A stretch of 64,000 bases of DNA from NCBI RefSeq assembly GCF_009914755.1, contig NC_060927.1; one strand, written 5' to 3'. Below are positions 14,659-33,852 of this stretch, in pieces. The position numbers and the translations under genes are program-made. The notes under the pieces were generated by a model. The model ran no database searches, had not been told where the DNA came from, and was given only the letters and a program-made list of their open reading frames with translations. The first letter of the stretch is position 1. The number at the start of each line of letters is the position of its first letter. The stretch comes from the human T2T-CHM13v2.0 reference genome, Homo sapiens.

Positions 14659-17163
14659 AGACTTTTTTCTTTTAGTTATTTAAATATATTATCCCATTCT
14701 CTTCTGGCCTGTGAATATGTGAATAGATGATTATCTCTTGCTGTTTTTGGGATTTGCTCTTCATCTTTGATTTTAGGCAGTCTAACTATAATGTGCTGTG
14801 GAGACGACCTTTTTGCATTGTATTTTCCCAGGGATTGCTGAGTCTCTTGTATCTGAAATGTCTAAATCTCTTGCTAGACTTGAGGTGTTTTCATTTTTGT
14901 TTGGTTAAATACATTTTCCAATCCTGTCTTTGTCTCTTTGAACTTGTGGATATTGATAATTTTAATATTTAATTGTCACAAAGGCTTTGCTCAGTCTTTT
15001 TTATTCCTTTTTCTTTATTTTTGTCTGACAGGATTATTTCAAAAGATTTGTATTCATGTTCTGAGATTCTTCTGCCTATTCTAGTCTATTACAGAAGCTT
15101 TCAAATGTAATTTGTAGTTCCTATAGTAAATTCTTCAATTGCAGAATTTCTATCTGGTGCTTTAAAAAACTATGTCTTTGGTAAATTTCTCATTCATATC
15201 CTGAATTGTTTTTCTGGATTCGCTTGTATCTCACTGAGCTTCTGTAAAATCAAAATTTTGAATTCTTTATCTGGGATTTCAAAAATTTCTTGGATTAAGA
15301 TCTATTTTTGGATACTTATTATGTTCCTTTGGAAGTGTCATATTTCCTTGCTTTTTCATGTTTCCTGTGTCATTACATTGAAATCTGTGTATCTGGAGTA
15401 ACAGTCACTTCTTCCTGTTTTTGAATTTACTTTAGTAGGGAAAGACCTTTTCCTAAAGATGTGTCTATGGTGTTGGTTGGGTAGGGTACTTTGGCTTTGA
15501 CTCTGGTGTGTGCAGTAGTGTCATCTCTGTATGATTTCTTTGGCTGTAAACAGCATTAGTGGCATCTGTGATTTCCTGGATAGGTTACGGTACAGTTGTT
15601 AGTTAAGGCTGTGGGGAAGTTGTGCTGGGGACTAGGATGCCAGGTGGGCCAGTGATAGTGTCACTGGGCAGTGTACACTGGCAGCCATGTTGGCAATTAT
15701 TGGTGGGTCAGTTGGTGGGCCTCCACATGGCTTGCTTAGATGCTGGTAGTGGCAGTGGTGGATTGCACAAGTGGGCAGAGTCTCAGGTTCCTGAGCAGCT
15801 ACATGGCATGAGTGATAGCAGTAGCGGTAGTGGGACAACTCTCTGGGTCCTGAGTGATGTGCGTTGATGTTGGTGGTGGCTCTGATGGGCTGGGTAGCCC
15901 AATCTCCAGGAACTCGGGTGGCACATGCAGGCAGATGCCAGATGAAGTGATAGCAGCCAGGAGTTTAGGAGAAGTACTCAGGTGCCCAAAGTGGTTGTGT
16001 TGGGTATTTGCCAGGACCCTGGTCTGTGTTCTCTGTCACAGAGCAGAGAGTGAAGCTGGACTAGGTAGGCTCATGCTCAGACCTTCAAATGGTGAGAACA
16101 GCACCAGCCATCATGGACAGGGCACTCCGCAGGCCCCAGGTGGAGTGCTCAGGTGAGGGGTGTTAGCAGCTATGCTAACACCCTGTCACAATAGAGGGTG
16201 GGGTCATTCTTGGTGACCAGAGCCTGGGCCAGCGGGTGGGAATGCACATTCCTCACACCTTAGTCCCAATGGGGCTTGCTCCCTGGCCCTGGCAGGGGTA
16301 GCCCACCTCAGCTGCAGGAGCCCCACCCAACTGGTGATCAAGTCCCAGTGGCAAATTTTACCCCACTTGCATCCCAGTCTCCATCCTGGTGGCACTCACT
16401 TCTCAGCACCAACAGCTTCACCCCATGCCTTACTTGCTTCTTAGCTCTGGCTGTAGGTATGCTTCCAGCATACTCCCCAGTCCCATTAGCGACAGCTCGA
16501 GTTTCTGTCATGCCTCAGTCCTGGCACTACTGGGCTGCAGGACAGCAAGCAGTCTGCCAAAGGCTGCGTTTGAAAATGATGCCTTGCTCCTCAGACACTT
16601 CAGGGATGAGATGTCAGGGGAAGTTGGAGAAGCAAATAGACCCAGGAAAGTTATCCACCTCTTGGTGAACCTGCTTCTGCACCTTGCACACCTGCAGAAC
16701 TGCTTAACCACGGGTGCTTTTCACTCTGTTCTCTTTACCTCCTTGTTCTGGGATTCAGGGACAATTCTTTGAACATGGTTTGTGAAGTGACAAAACCCAG
16801 CAGGGAAGAGCAGACAGGTCTGGCCTCATTTTCCCGCTTCCAGGATGTCCCAACATCTTCCTAGGGATCTCCCACTAACTTCAAGTCAAAGAGTGACAGA
16901 GACTGCAACAGAGCCACTTGGGCCTCTTAGAGCAGAGGATACAGAGCAGTGGGGTTTCTTTTGAATGTGATATTATTATTTATCATTCACTGACAGGTCA
17001 CCAAAAAAAAAAAAAAAAACAGGGAAAGGGAGGGATGGAGCTAGTGAGACTATGACTAATACAATCTGTGTGCATTTCTGTGGGTTTGAAAACCCGCTTG
17101 CTCTTTATACGAATTCAAACTAAGGAATTGTGAGTAAGAATAGCTTTAGAAGGTGCACATCTA

Positions 17164-17470
17164 GGCTGTGTGTAGTGAGCCACTGCTCATGCCTGTAATC
17201 CTAGCACTTTGGGAGGCTGAGTCAGGCGGATCACTTGGGTCAGGGGTTCAAGACCAGCCTGGACAACATGGTGAAAGCCTGTCTGTACTAAAAATACAAA
17301 AATTAGCCAAGTGTGGCAGTGGGTGCCTGTAATCCCAGCTACTCAGGAGGCTGAGGCATGAGAATCGCTTGAAACCAGGGAGGTGGAGGTTGCAGTGACC
17401 CGAAGACGTGCCATTGCACTCCAGCCTGGGCAACAGAGGGAGACTCCGACTCAATAAAAGAAAAAAAAAG
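17164..17470 (+). mobile_element. AluS whose A tail is interrupted by the full-length L1
   Basis: Alu body; its TSD AGAAGGT(G/C)CACATCTA lies at 17148-17163 and 23635-23650. Confidence 0.93.
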
Positions 17471-17471
17471 A

Positions 17472-23619
<6,148 letters not shown>

Positions 23620-23834
23620 GAAAAAAAAAGAAAAAGAAGGTCCACATCTATCACCACAGTATGAGGTTTAAGGATTTAGAAAGCACTTTTACCTAAATAT
23701 GCCTTTAATAACTACATCAGGTATAACACGAGGATGCTGCTAAAAGAATGGAAGAGTAAGATAGAGAGGCATGAAATGATGAAGACTTTGATGGGGTTAG
23801 GACTAAAGAGAATAATTTTAAAAACTGAACAATT

Positions 23835-24150
23835 GGCCCAGGTGTGGTGGCTCATGACTGTGATCTTAGCACTTTGAGGGCTAAGGCGGGAGGATCGCTT
23901 GAGTTCAGGAGTTCGAGACCAGCCTGGGCAACATGGTGAAACCTTATCTCTACAAAAAAAAAAAAAAGACAAAAATTAGCTCGGCATGGTGGTGTGTGCC
24001 TGTGGTCCCAGGTGCTCTGGAGACTGAGGTAGGGGGATCACCTGAGCCTGGGGAGGTGAAGGCTGCAGTGACCAGTGATTGTACCGCTACACTCCAGCCT
24101 GGGCGACAGTGAGACCCTGTATAGATCAGTTAATAGATAGATAGAAAGAA
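23835..24150 (+). mobile_element. AluJ with (ATAG)n/(GAAA)n tail
   Basis: ggaggatcgcttgag / ggctgcagtga J-type features. Confidence 0.9.
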
Positions 24151-24689
24151 AGAATTCATTGTTAACAGCATATAGTATTTGAAAGCAAGTGCTGTATTAA
24201 GAGAATAAAAGGAAGCATTGGTAATTGAAGGTAAATTGATGCCTTTGTAACAATAACTTGGCAGTTCTGCAAAGCTAAATGTTTTTTATAGCCAGTCATG
24301 AGTAGACTGCAAAATTTCGAGAGTTCAGTCTTGGCAATCTGCAAATGAATCTGCATGACATTTGATTTCAAACAATCTTTCCTTTGAAGCTACCAGGAGT
24401 TTCTTTCAAGCATACTTCCAGCCATTGGTGCTCCCATCCTCCTTGACTCAAATAGGCACAAATATGACCATTCATTTTTCCTTTACTTTCCCCAGAAATG
24501 TGATTGTTTTCACTGCTCTTTTACTGTTTTCCTCTTAAGATAAATCTAGTAATGATTTCATAAGATGACCATAATGCAGAATGTTTTCCTCAATATCTGC
24601 CTTAGTGTAATGTAATTCTGATGCAGAATGATGGCAAAGTTTTAATTAGCAACATTTAAGCTATAAGAAATAACCAATTGACCTTGGCA

Positions 24690-25620
24690 ATTATTCCATT
24701 TATTTGTTCAACAAATATTATATTAAGCACTTATTATGTGCTACAAGTTTTGCTACATGGTGGAGATGATTAGCAAGACACAGTCCTTATCATCTAAGGA
24801 CTTGCAGTCGAGTGAAGTGACAAATAGGTGCCCTAAAATATAATAGGTATTCTTCTAGAAATCAGAATTCAGTGAAGACCCAAAAGAAGTAGTGGTCAGG
24901 TCTAAGGTAGGGATGTTGAGAATGGAGAATAATAGAGCAAGCTGGAAAGGATTCATAGAAAAGGCAATATTGAACTGAATCCTTTAAAAAAAAAAGAGAG
25001 AGACGGGGAAAGAAAGGCAAGAAATACCATTAATAAAGTAGAGTCTTTGTAGGCTTTTTCAATGTAAAAGAGATCTGAAGAGGTCAGAGAGGACCCTGAT
25101 GAGACTGCCTTAAATGACTTGCTGAAAAGTTCGACCTCTAACCTGTGATGGGCATTAAGAAGGGTGGCCATATGACCAAATTGACATTCTGGAAAGCAAG
25201 ATGTGTAAAAGGCCCATTAGAAGATTATTATACCGGTCCAGAAGAGAGATGATAATGACCAAACCAAGACAATGAAGAGGAGAAGTCAAATGTGAGATTT
25301 TATGATTGCAAAATCTGTAGGATATGGTGAATGCTGGAAGGGTATAGTGAACTACTGAGTTCCTCTCAGTGAGAGGGCATCTCTGGGTACAGCCAGGTTG
25401 GGGAGAAATGAATTTTCTTGGCCTTGTAGATCAGGAGCTTAGGATGAGTCTGGGCTAGAGACAATGCTTTGGAGCTTGGCAGCCTCTGGTAGTGGTTGAA
25501 GCTATGGGAATGGGTGAGATTGCCCAGGAAGGCTTGTAGGGTAAGAAGGAAATGGGCTGAAGGCAGAGCTGTGAAGGTCACAAATACGTAAGGGGTATGC
25601 AAGGGGAGAGGAATGGCAGG
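24690..25620 (-). mobile_element. L2 LINE fragment
   Basis: ttccatttatttgttcaacaaatatt...aagcacttattatgtgc L2 3' terminus followed by purine-rich degenerate body. Confidence 0.65.
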
Positions 25621-27196
25621 AACAGGCTGTCAGTTGTCTAGCAAATGAATTGTATGTGTTGGGTGGAGGGGTAGATGTGAGTGAAATAATGCAGATTGCC
25701 ACTGTTGATAGGACTAACAAAGCTCCAGTTCCACCATACCACCAAGGTACCAGTGAGTATTTTATGGGAGAAAAACTGAAATTACCCCATTCAGTAGGGG
25801 AGGTAATTTTCAAGGCTTTTAATTTCCTGCTAAGTTGCTAAATCACAAGAGATTGTTTTAAAGGATACTCTTCCCTCTTTCCTTATTTGGAAGAAATTCT
25901 GTAGGCAGAAAGTTATTCTCAGAGCCCTGGGCTGTGAGAACCTCCTTTAACCATTCATCACAACAGCTCTGAGTAAATGAGATATATTTTTATGGCCAAG
26001 GAGTCCAAAGAGCCACTGACTGGGTAACAATTAATTAAGCTAGTAACTGACCTCCTTTATCTCTGAGTGGCCTCTATTCCAACCCTTTTTATTTAGAGAC
26101 CTGAAATGCTTCATACTATTGGATGGCACATTCTATAACTCTTACTGGGGTCTCCTCCTGGAAGTGGCCATGCTGAACTGGACACATCTGAGTAATCCAT
26201 GGAAAGTTCCATGGGTTCTCCTTTTTGCATGGGTCCTATTTTCTGGGATAGGTATATCCATACCTTCCTAACCAACAGGGGACGGGGTAGAACCAGGGCT
26301 GTGGGAACTCCCTAAGTGTCAAATGGAATTTTCAAGAGATGACCCTAATCTTTTTCCAATTGTTTTATCAAGGTGTCTGTACTAGGATAAGGAATTCCTA
26401 GTCTCTGTTCCTAAACTTTGTTCCAAATGGTTACGTGGTTGCAGTTCTCCGGGAATTGACCTTTAGAAGGAAGACACTAAAACATCAGAATGTGAGAGAA
26501 ATGCACTGTTACTCCTCCATTATTTTGTCTCAATCCCATAGTTCCAAGGAAGGAGCTTTATTCCTAGGAAGAAACTTTATTCTTACACATTTAGGCATCC
26601 AGCTTTGTCTGCTAAGTCCTCCTTCCCCCTGACCACAGAAGACTTCATGGTAAATCAAGCCCACTGCTCTCACAAGCTTTTCTTAACTTGGTCTGGTTAA
26701 AACATAGCTTCATGCAAATAGTATCAACATTGCTTTTAGCTTAGCAGGGCTTTCCATTGGGGCCAGTCATAATGACAGTTGTATGACAGTAAAAAACCAA
26801 TGCCATAGCAGTTTCTAAACAGTAGTACTTGTTGAGAGGAGATGTTTTTCCTCTATCAAGAACTTTCCTCTGGGGCCTGTTTATATGTCTGTGCACATGC
26901 ATGCAACGGGTGATAGAAAAGAAACAACTTTTCATGTGGGATAGTGTTACTTCTGAGAGGAGGAATTTTGCCAATTAAATGTTTGTAGGGATTCATTTTA
27001 GAGTTTCTATCCTTTGCCCAAGTATGTGTTTTCTGCTTAATAGGAAATGAGCCTTGTTTAATTTAGTAAAACAGAACATCATTTCTTTAGGAAAGTGAGG
27101 GATCCTTTTCCCTTTGAACTTAAGTGTTACACATTGGAACATCAGACCAGTTGTTTAAAATACTTGAGTACCATAACACCTGTCCTTCTGTTACAG

Positions 27197-27285
27197 GTGC
27201 AACAACGAGAGTGAGTGGTCCCAGATCCACGAGAACATCATCCGAAAGTCCAGTGCCAAGTACTCTGCCCCCAGCGCCAGCCATG
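27197..27285 (+). CDS. DOCK3: DOCK3 coding exon A (89 nt; probably exon 13)
   Basis: ttctgttacag|G TGC AAC AAC GAG...AGC CAT G|gtgaga; encodes CNNESEWSQIHENIIRKSSAKYSAPSASH; phase joins exon B. Confidence 0.95.
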
Positions 27286-28879
27286 GTGAGATACTTCTCT
27301 GACTAGAACATTTTGTGTTACATTTGTAGTTGCTACTCATACAGCACTTAGATTGGTTGGTGCAGATTGGCTGCTGTATTCCCTACAGATATTTATTCTC
27401 CTGCCGAGGCATTTCCTACTCATTCTTTTTGTAATAATTTGAGGCCTTCCCTAATATCTGCTGACCAAAATACATTTTGTGTTTTTTCTATGATGAGTTC
27501 CATATGTGTTGATAGGTAACTCGAGTTCCAATTCAAATCCAGAGTGAGCAAAAATGTTGCAGGGTTTGTTACATTGTGAAGTCTATGTTTGCCTAAACAA
27601 AGATTATACTCAGCCAAATAAATACCTCTATCTCTATATAGCTAGATATCTATATAGATATAGACATCACACACTTCTCTTTCTATTTCTGAAAGACTGA
27701 CCATAATGAGAATCAGTGATTAGTCTGCCAGTATCGGTCATTCTGAAACTAGAATGGAAAATCTTTATTTCAAAGAAGCTTCATCTTAGCTCAACTTCTC
27801 CTTTTCCTTTTCCCTTCCTTTCTGTAAAAACTCTGTTTAAATAATTTCTATATAATCTCAGTGCAGTTCTACATATTATATTGTTTTCTAAGTTCATTAA
27901 TGCTTGATTAAATTAGAAGCATTATTTAAAAGCCTATATGCCTTTATAGACCCTTGCAGATAGCTATCTAATTTACGCAGAACCAGGTTACTCCTGACAG
28001 TTTTTACCTCTAAATCATTTTATAACCTCTTTTACATAATCTTCTTTGTTTTAACTTTCATAGACCTGTTGGAAATTATAAGTTGTCCTTAAATGACAGT
28101 GTAAAGTCACTGAGAGGCAAGCAGTTTCTAAAGAGTAGTACATGTTGTAGAAAACTTTGTTTTTTCTCTGTTGGGGTGAGCAGATACTCAACTAGGAGGA
28201 TCCTTAGAGGAGATTCACACCAGAGGCTGCCAAGATTGAGACCTTCAGTTGTAACAACTTGATTCCTCTAAAACCCTAGTGGGGTTTTGGGGGATATCTC
28301 AGAGCCTCTCACTATTTTTAAATGACAGTATTCCCTTATACATGTGCCTGGATGCCAAGTAGCTCCATGCAGTGTGCTAAATCTAGGCTAAAGCAAGAGA
28401 CAAATAAAATTTTGTTTTAAAAATATAGGAAAGTTACTAGCAATTTGGGAAACTACTATTCACATCAATATTTGTCATGTTCTTTGGTTTATTTACTTAT
28501 CTGATTTATAAAGAGGTGCCCTTGACTACACGTTCGTGGGACATAATGTGATTAAAACATATAGAGAATATTTTAAAAGAGAGATGATAGTACTAATTCA
28601 TGAAAGAGCAACTTCTACCATTGCTTCACCAGGTTAAGATGATGAGTTTTGTCTTGCTCCCCAGAGCGAGCAGGGACTGTGCCATATTCTGTGTCTGATT
28701 TTTGTCTAGAACTCACAGACACTTGCCATTTAAACAGTGTTAGAAAGATCTCACTGTGGGGCACCACAGACTTCAGAGAGCCTCAGTTAGGATGGCTGTA
28801 GTGAGAGGTGGTCTCTGTGTAGTTGTGGAAAAGTCAGTAGGAGGAACAGGCTGCTGCTTTTTGAAGTATGTTAGAAGCT

Positions 28880-29010
28880 AGTTGAGACCTTGGAAAACCT
28901 GTTTCAACCCCCTCGTTAAATAAATGAGGAAACTGAAACTCAGCAAAATGACTTAGTGGCTGAACAAGGATAGAACCCAGGTCTCCAGACTCCAGGCCTT
29001 TGGCCTTTCT
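28880..29010 (-). mobile_element. MIR fragment
   Basis: atgaggaaactgaaactcag...agaacccaggtctccagactcc. Confidence 0.6.
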
Positions 29011-29774
29011 ACTCAGTTGCCAAGCTTCTGAGCATGAGTTTTCTACTGCTGGACTCTGGGGTCTTTGTGTCAGAGAATTTTATAGATTGCTCAAGGAATA
29101 TTTCAGGTCTTTATTAGTCTGCTTAATTAAAGATACATCTTTATTAAAAATTAGTTTACTTTGCTATAAACTTTTACCCATCTTTGTTAGATATTGTGGA
29201 CAGTTCATTGCCTTGCAGTTCTGTTTCAGAAGTCATTAGTGCTTTTCCTTCAAGTCACATAATTTAAAAATGCAGAAGCAATTGCTACATTGGGTTTGAG
29301 TGCTGAGAGTAAATGTATCATCCAGCAGCAACTCTTCTATGTGAACTTTAATAGATGTGGCTCTTCATTTCCATTGTTGGCCTTGGATATGTAGCTACAA
29401 ACTGAACTTTTAACAGTTCCAGTAGTAGCATGAAGAGCATTAAGGACAAGTGAAGATAAAGCAGTTGACACACAAGTTTTCTGTTTATTTTAAAATGACT
29501 GTTAACTACAATTTATTTCCATATCTTGGGCTGACATTAATTTATATAATTAATCCTCATCCAGCATTTCCACAAGGAGGGGTGGGGGAGGTAGGGCACA
29601 AGAACAGAGTCAAGTTGGTACCCTGCAATATTTTACACAGGTGTTGATTTGTCCAGTTACTTTTTTTATGGGTCAGTCTTTAATCCAATAAGAGGTTCAG
29701 TAAGAAAATGGTTTTCTTGTGTCAGGTAATCAGTGAGACCAGATTAACAGAGAAATTGTATAGACTTTGTTATT

Positions 29775-30317
29775 TTCTTTCTTTTTTTTAATTTTTTTTT
29801 ATTATTATACTTTAAGTTCTAGGGTACATGTGCACAACCTGCAGGTTTGTTACATATGTATACATGTGCCATGTTGGTGTGCTGCACCCATTAACTCATC
29901 ATTTACATTAGGTATATCTCCTCATGCTATCCCTCCCCCAACCCCACAGCAGGCCCCGGTGTGTGATGTTCCCCTTCCTGTGTCCAAGTATTCTCACTGT
30001 TCAATTTCCCACCTATGAGTGAGAACATGCAGTGTTTGGTTTTTTTCCTTGCGATAGTTTGCTGAGAATGATGGTTTCCAGCTTCATCCATGTCCCTACA
30101 AAGGACATGAACTCATCCTTTTTTATGGCTGCATAGTATTCCATGGTATATATGTGCCATATTTTCTTAATCCAATCTATCATTGATGGACACTTGGGTT
30201 GGTTCCAAGTCTTTGCTATTGTGAATAGTGCCACAATAAACATACGTGTGCATGTGTCTTTATAGAAGCATGATTTATAATCCTTTGGGTATGTACCCAG
30301 TAATGGGATGGCTGGGT
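29775..30317 (-). mobile_element. 5'-truncated L1PA (PA4/PA5-like) 3' end
   Basis: poly(T), tattatactttaagttctagggtacatgtgcacaac; ORF2 C-terminus (ORF track 30013-30243). Confidence 0.9.
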
Positions 30318-32543
30318 TGATTTGAGGGCCCCATTGAGATGATAGTCAGGTAGAACATCAAGTGTTGCCAAGGGACTGGGTGTTGCATACTGGGTGAGCG
30401 AGTGGGTCACTTTACTGAACTATTCATGAAGGCTCTCTTGTGCTCAGAATCATGCCTTAGCATTATTTGGTATGTGCTTCAGTCACCCAGGGTTTCAGAA
30501 CTAGGAAGGAAACCCAGAAGTTCCAAGATCTCAACTCTACAAAAGGACATACAGCTTTTATAGCCTCCATTGGTGATTTCTTTCATTCTTTGCATGCCTT
30601 TTCATTTGATCTCTTGCATAAACTTGAAGGCTTTCTCTTATTTGTTATGTTTAGAAGTAGAGAGCAGCTCTTCAGGATCCCTTTGGGTAGCTCAAAAGCT
30701 AACTGTGACACTATCAGCACCTTTAGTGAACATCTTCATGAGTTTCACTTTGCTTCTGTACACCATTTTGGTTGATCAGAAAATGCAAAGACAAAAGGCA
30801 GTCAGTGAGTACTTAAACCCTTGCCAATGCAGAATGGTTAGAGTACACCCACTGTTTTTTTTTTTTTTTTTGCTTTTGCCTTCCAACCACAACCCCCTCA
30901 AATTATGGAGACTTTCATCCCCAGCTATTTGCTTCATGTTGGGCTGTCTCCTAAGTCAGTGGATTTCTGTTTACCCAGAGGATATGATTTGATAGCTACG
31001 TAAAGACAACAAAGATGAATAAGTTAGGGTTATGAGGTGAGGGCAGATATATCCCAAGCTGTTCTCTACAGAGATTATTGTGGTTTTGGTTCTGGCTCCC
31101 AGGCTTTCAGGTTCATAAACTAATTGCGGTTTAGTCCACCAGTGATTAGGCTTAAGATAATTACTTTAGAGGGGTTGAAATCTTAAACACTGATTATCTA
31201 ACCAGAATGCCAACTGGAATACTGTATGTTTGCCTTTTCAGGGCACTGTGATCCTGGTGTTAATGACACTTGAGATACCATGTTTGTAATCCCAAAGTTT
31301 CTTGGAAAGCATGAGTTTAGCAGAAGCAACGAGATAATTATGAGGTTCTGTCCAGGCTCTAGTAGAACCGTATTTCCTCCCTTGGCCCAGCTCTGAGAGT
31401 ACAAATTCCTGGCTACTGACATACTTTTCTTGCCAAATAAAATATCTGTAACTCTTCTATCTGACTTCTCTCTTTATCTACTTCTCCATTCCCTCCTCCC
31501 TCCCCATTCCTAGACCATTCTTATTTTACAATTCTGCTTGTTACTATCTCCATTCCAGCTACTACTCTTCTAATTGTATTCATTATCATAACACCTTATT
31601 CCCTCATTTCTATAATTGTTCAGCTGCATTTAACTCCCAAGCTTATAGACCAGTGAGGACGCCTCCTGTCAACCCATAGATCAACACCTAAATTCTTCAT
31701 CCTGTTAACAGCTAATCCCATTCACAGTTATAGAGGTAACACTTCCTAATTCCATACAGGCTTGACTGTTACAGCCTTCTAGCCAGTAGCTGCAGCGGGG
31801 ACCCTCAGGAGGGTGGTGTGGAGGGGGAAATTTCAGGAGATTCTAACTTTGTGCACAACTCCAAGGGTGTAAGTAGTGAGCCAGAAGGCAGCTCACCTGA
31901 GGGGATATTACAAATACTCCCAAGTTTTGATTAAAGATCATGTGGAGGATCTGAAATCCTCATGGAGTCAAGGCTTAGTTAGTCCCACAAAAGCGCCCTC
32001 TTTTCTTTGCAGAATGTGATGTCTCCTCTGTTGCAAGCCAGTGCAAGATTGAACTAGAAAGTTACTTCCCACACTTTGGCATACTCCTAGCATAAAACAC
32101 AGCACATCTTAGCTTGCTCATTTCTCATATTTGGGATGGCCTGACTGAAGGTCTTCTTTGGTCATGTTTGTTTCTAGTCTTTAGATTTCTCTAGGTTCCT
32201 AAATATACAACTTATGTAGTTGAACCCTCTCATTCAATATTCACAAGGGCCAGCTGGACCCTAGTTGGACGCTGGGGAACAGAGGGAAAGACAACTCAAT
32301 CTCCCAGACCTCAGTCTATGTTTAATAGACTAATTCTCTGGGTTATTGGGGTCACTTTGACTTAAATTTCTTTAGCTTTCCAAAATGTTTCTTCAAAATA
32401 ACTTATACTGTCTGCATAAAAGTTTTTCTCAAGAATTTTGCTGAACTTTGCACATTTTCTTCTGGAAAATGTGACTGTGTCTTTTCAAGTACTATATAAC
32501 AGGGTAGAACTGTGGTTCTAAGAAAATGCTTTTGTTTTTGCAG

Positions 32544-32669
32544 GTCTTATCATTTCTCTGCAGCTTCTTCGTGGAGACATGGAACAGATTCGGAGAGAAA
32601 ATCCCATGATATTTAATAGGGGATTGGCAATTACAAGAAAATTGGGATTTCCTGATGTCATTATGCCAG
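32544..32669 (+). CDS. DOCK3: DOCK3 coding exon B (126 nt)
   Basis: tttgtttttgcag|GT CTT ATC...ATG CCA G|gtatgc; (G)LIISLQLLRGDMEQIRRENPMIFNRGLAITRKLGFPDVIMP; DOCK-A/B family motif RKLGFPDVIMPG. Confidence 0.96.
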
Positions 32670-33535
32670 GTATGCAGAACTGCTTGGGGCTGGGAAGGAA
32701 GATGGGTTAGGATGGAATCTGGTGCTCCCCTCCTGAGCAGGTGGTGAACTGTGCTATGGAGAAGACCTGCAGCTATTAAAATCTCCCACATCCCAAGTCA
32801 GGCTGCTTACTGCAGTCTGCAGTCAATGGCCCTTTGGCTCTTATAGGCATTTGTTCTTTTCCAGAAGCCCCTACATTACATTCACCAGTGCAACATGACA
32901 ATCCAGCAGATAGGCTTTGTTGTCTTCCATGAAGTAGAAGTGATGGTAGAAGTGAATATGGAACCTTCATGGAGAGTTTTTATACTCTACTATCCTATCA
33001 CATTTCTTAGAATATAATTGTCTCACAAGAACTTACTGCTTAAGGGGAAGAATATATCAAAATATATGCCTGTAGTATCAGTGAATCCCATATGTGTAGG
33101 AATAGCAGATACATTTCCATTTTCATGTATCAGAAAAATAGATCAGGCAAATAGTATAAATTAGACATTGTGAATATACCACTACCTGGCCAGCTTCTCA
33201 GGAATTGTATCACCCATTTCATCTAATGCCCCGTGGAGAGCCAGGGCAGAAATTGGGAATGCATTGACCCTCAACTGTGGTCCCAGTAGGTCAGTATCAG
33301 GTTCTTGTTTTCTAATTAGGCAGACATGGGTAGGGCTGGAAAAGTGGATCCAAATGGGATATCAGAGCCAAGGGGGCTATCAGGAGTGAAGAAAGGGTAG
33401 AGGCATGGTTCAGATGGATGTTAGGTGTCCTGATAAGCAGAGAAGATGCAAATAAGGAAAAGGAGATTAGAATGGGTAAATGTCTGGTTATCTGGATAGA
33501 TTCTAGGAGGAGTGGACCTACCCTCTCAGTTGAGT

Positions 33536-33852
33536 TTTTTTGTTGTTTTGAGACAGTCTTACTCTGTTGCCCACGCTGGAGTGCAGTGGTGCCATCTTGG
33601 CTCACTGCAAACTCCACCCACTAGGTGCAAGCAATTCTCTTGCCTCAGCCTCCCGAGTAGCTGCGACTACACGTGTACATCACCACACCTGGCTAATTTT
33701 TGTAATTTTTGTAGAGACGGTTTCACCATGTTGGCCAGACTGGTCTCGAACTCCTGACCTCAAGTGATCCAGTACTGGCATACTGGTCTTGAACTCCTGA
33801 CCTCAGCCTCCCAAAGTGCTGGGATTACAGGCTTGAGCCACTGCGCCTGGCC
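33536..33852 (-). mobile_element. AluS with internal duplication
   Basis: Antisense Alu; TSD TCAGTTGAGTTTT on both sides. Confidence 0.92.

Noticed and set aside
27626-27664. Imperfect palindrome tctatctctatatag...ctatatagatataga
   Set aside because: Low-complexity TA/GA sequence
31995-32070. Acceptor-like ctcttttctttgcag at about 32012 as a cryptic exon
   Set aside because: No good donor nearby and no long AG-exclusion zone
32545-32564. Internal acceptor catttctctgcag 20 nt into exon B
   Set aside because: Would frameshift; explained by the coding sequence (ISLQ)
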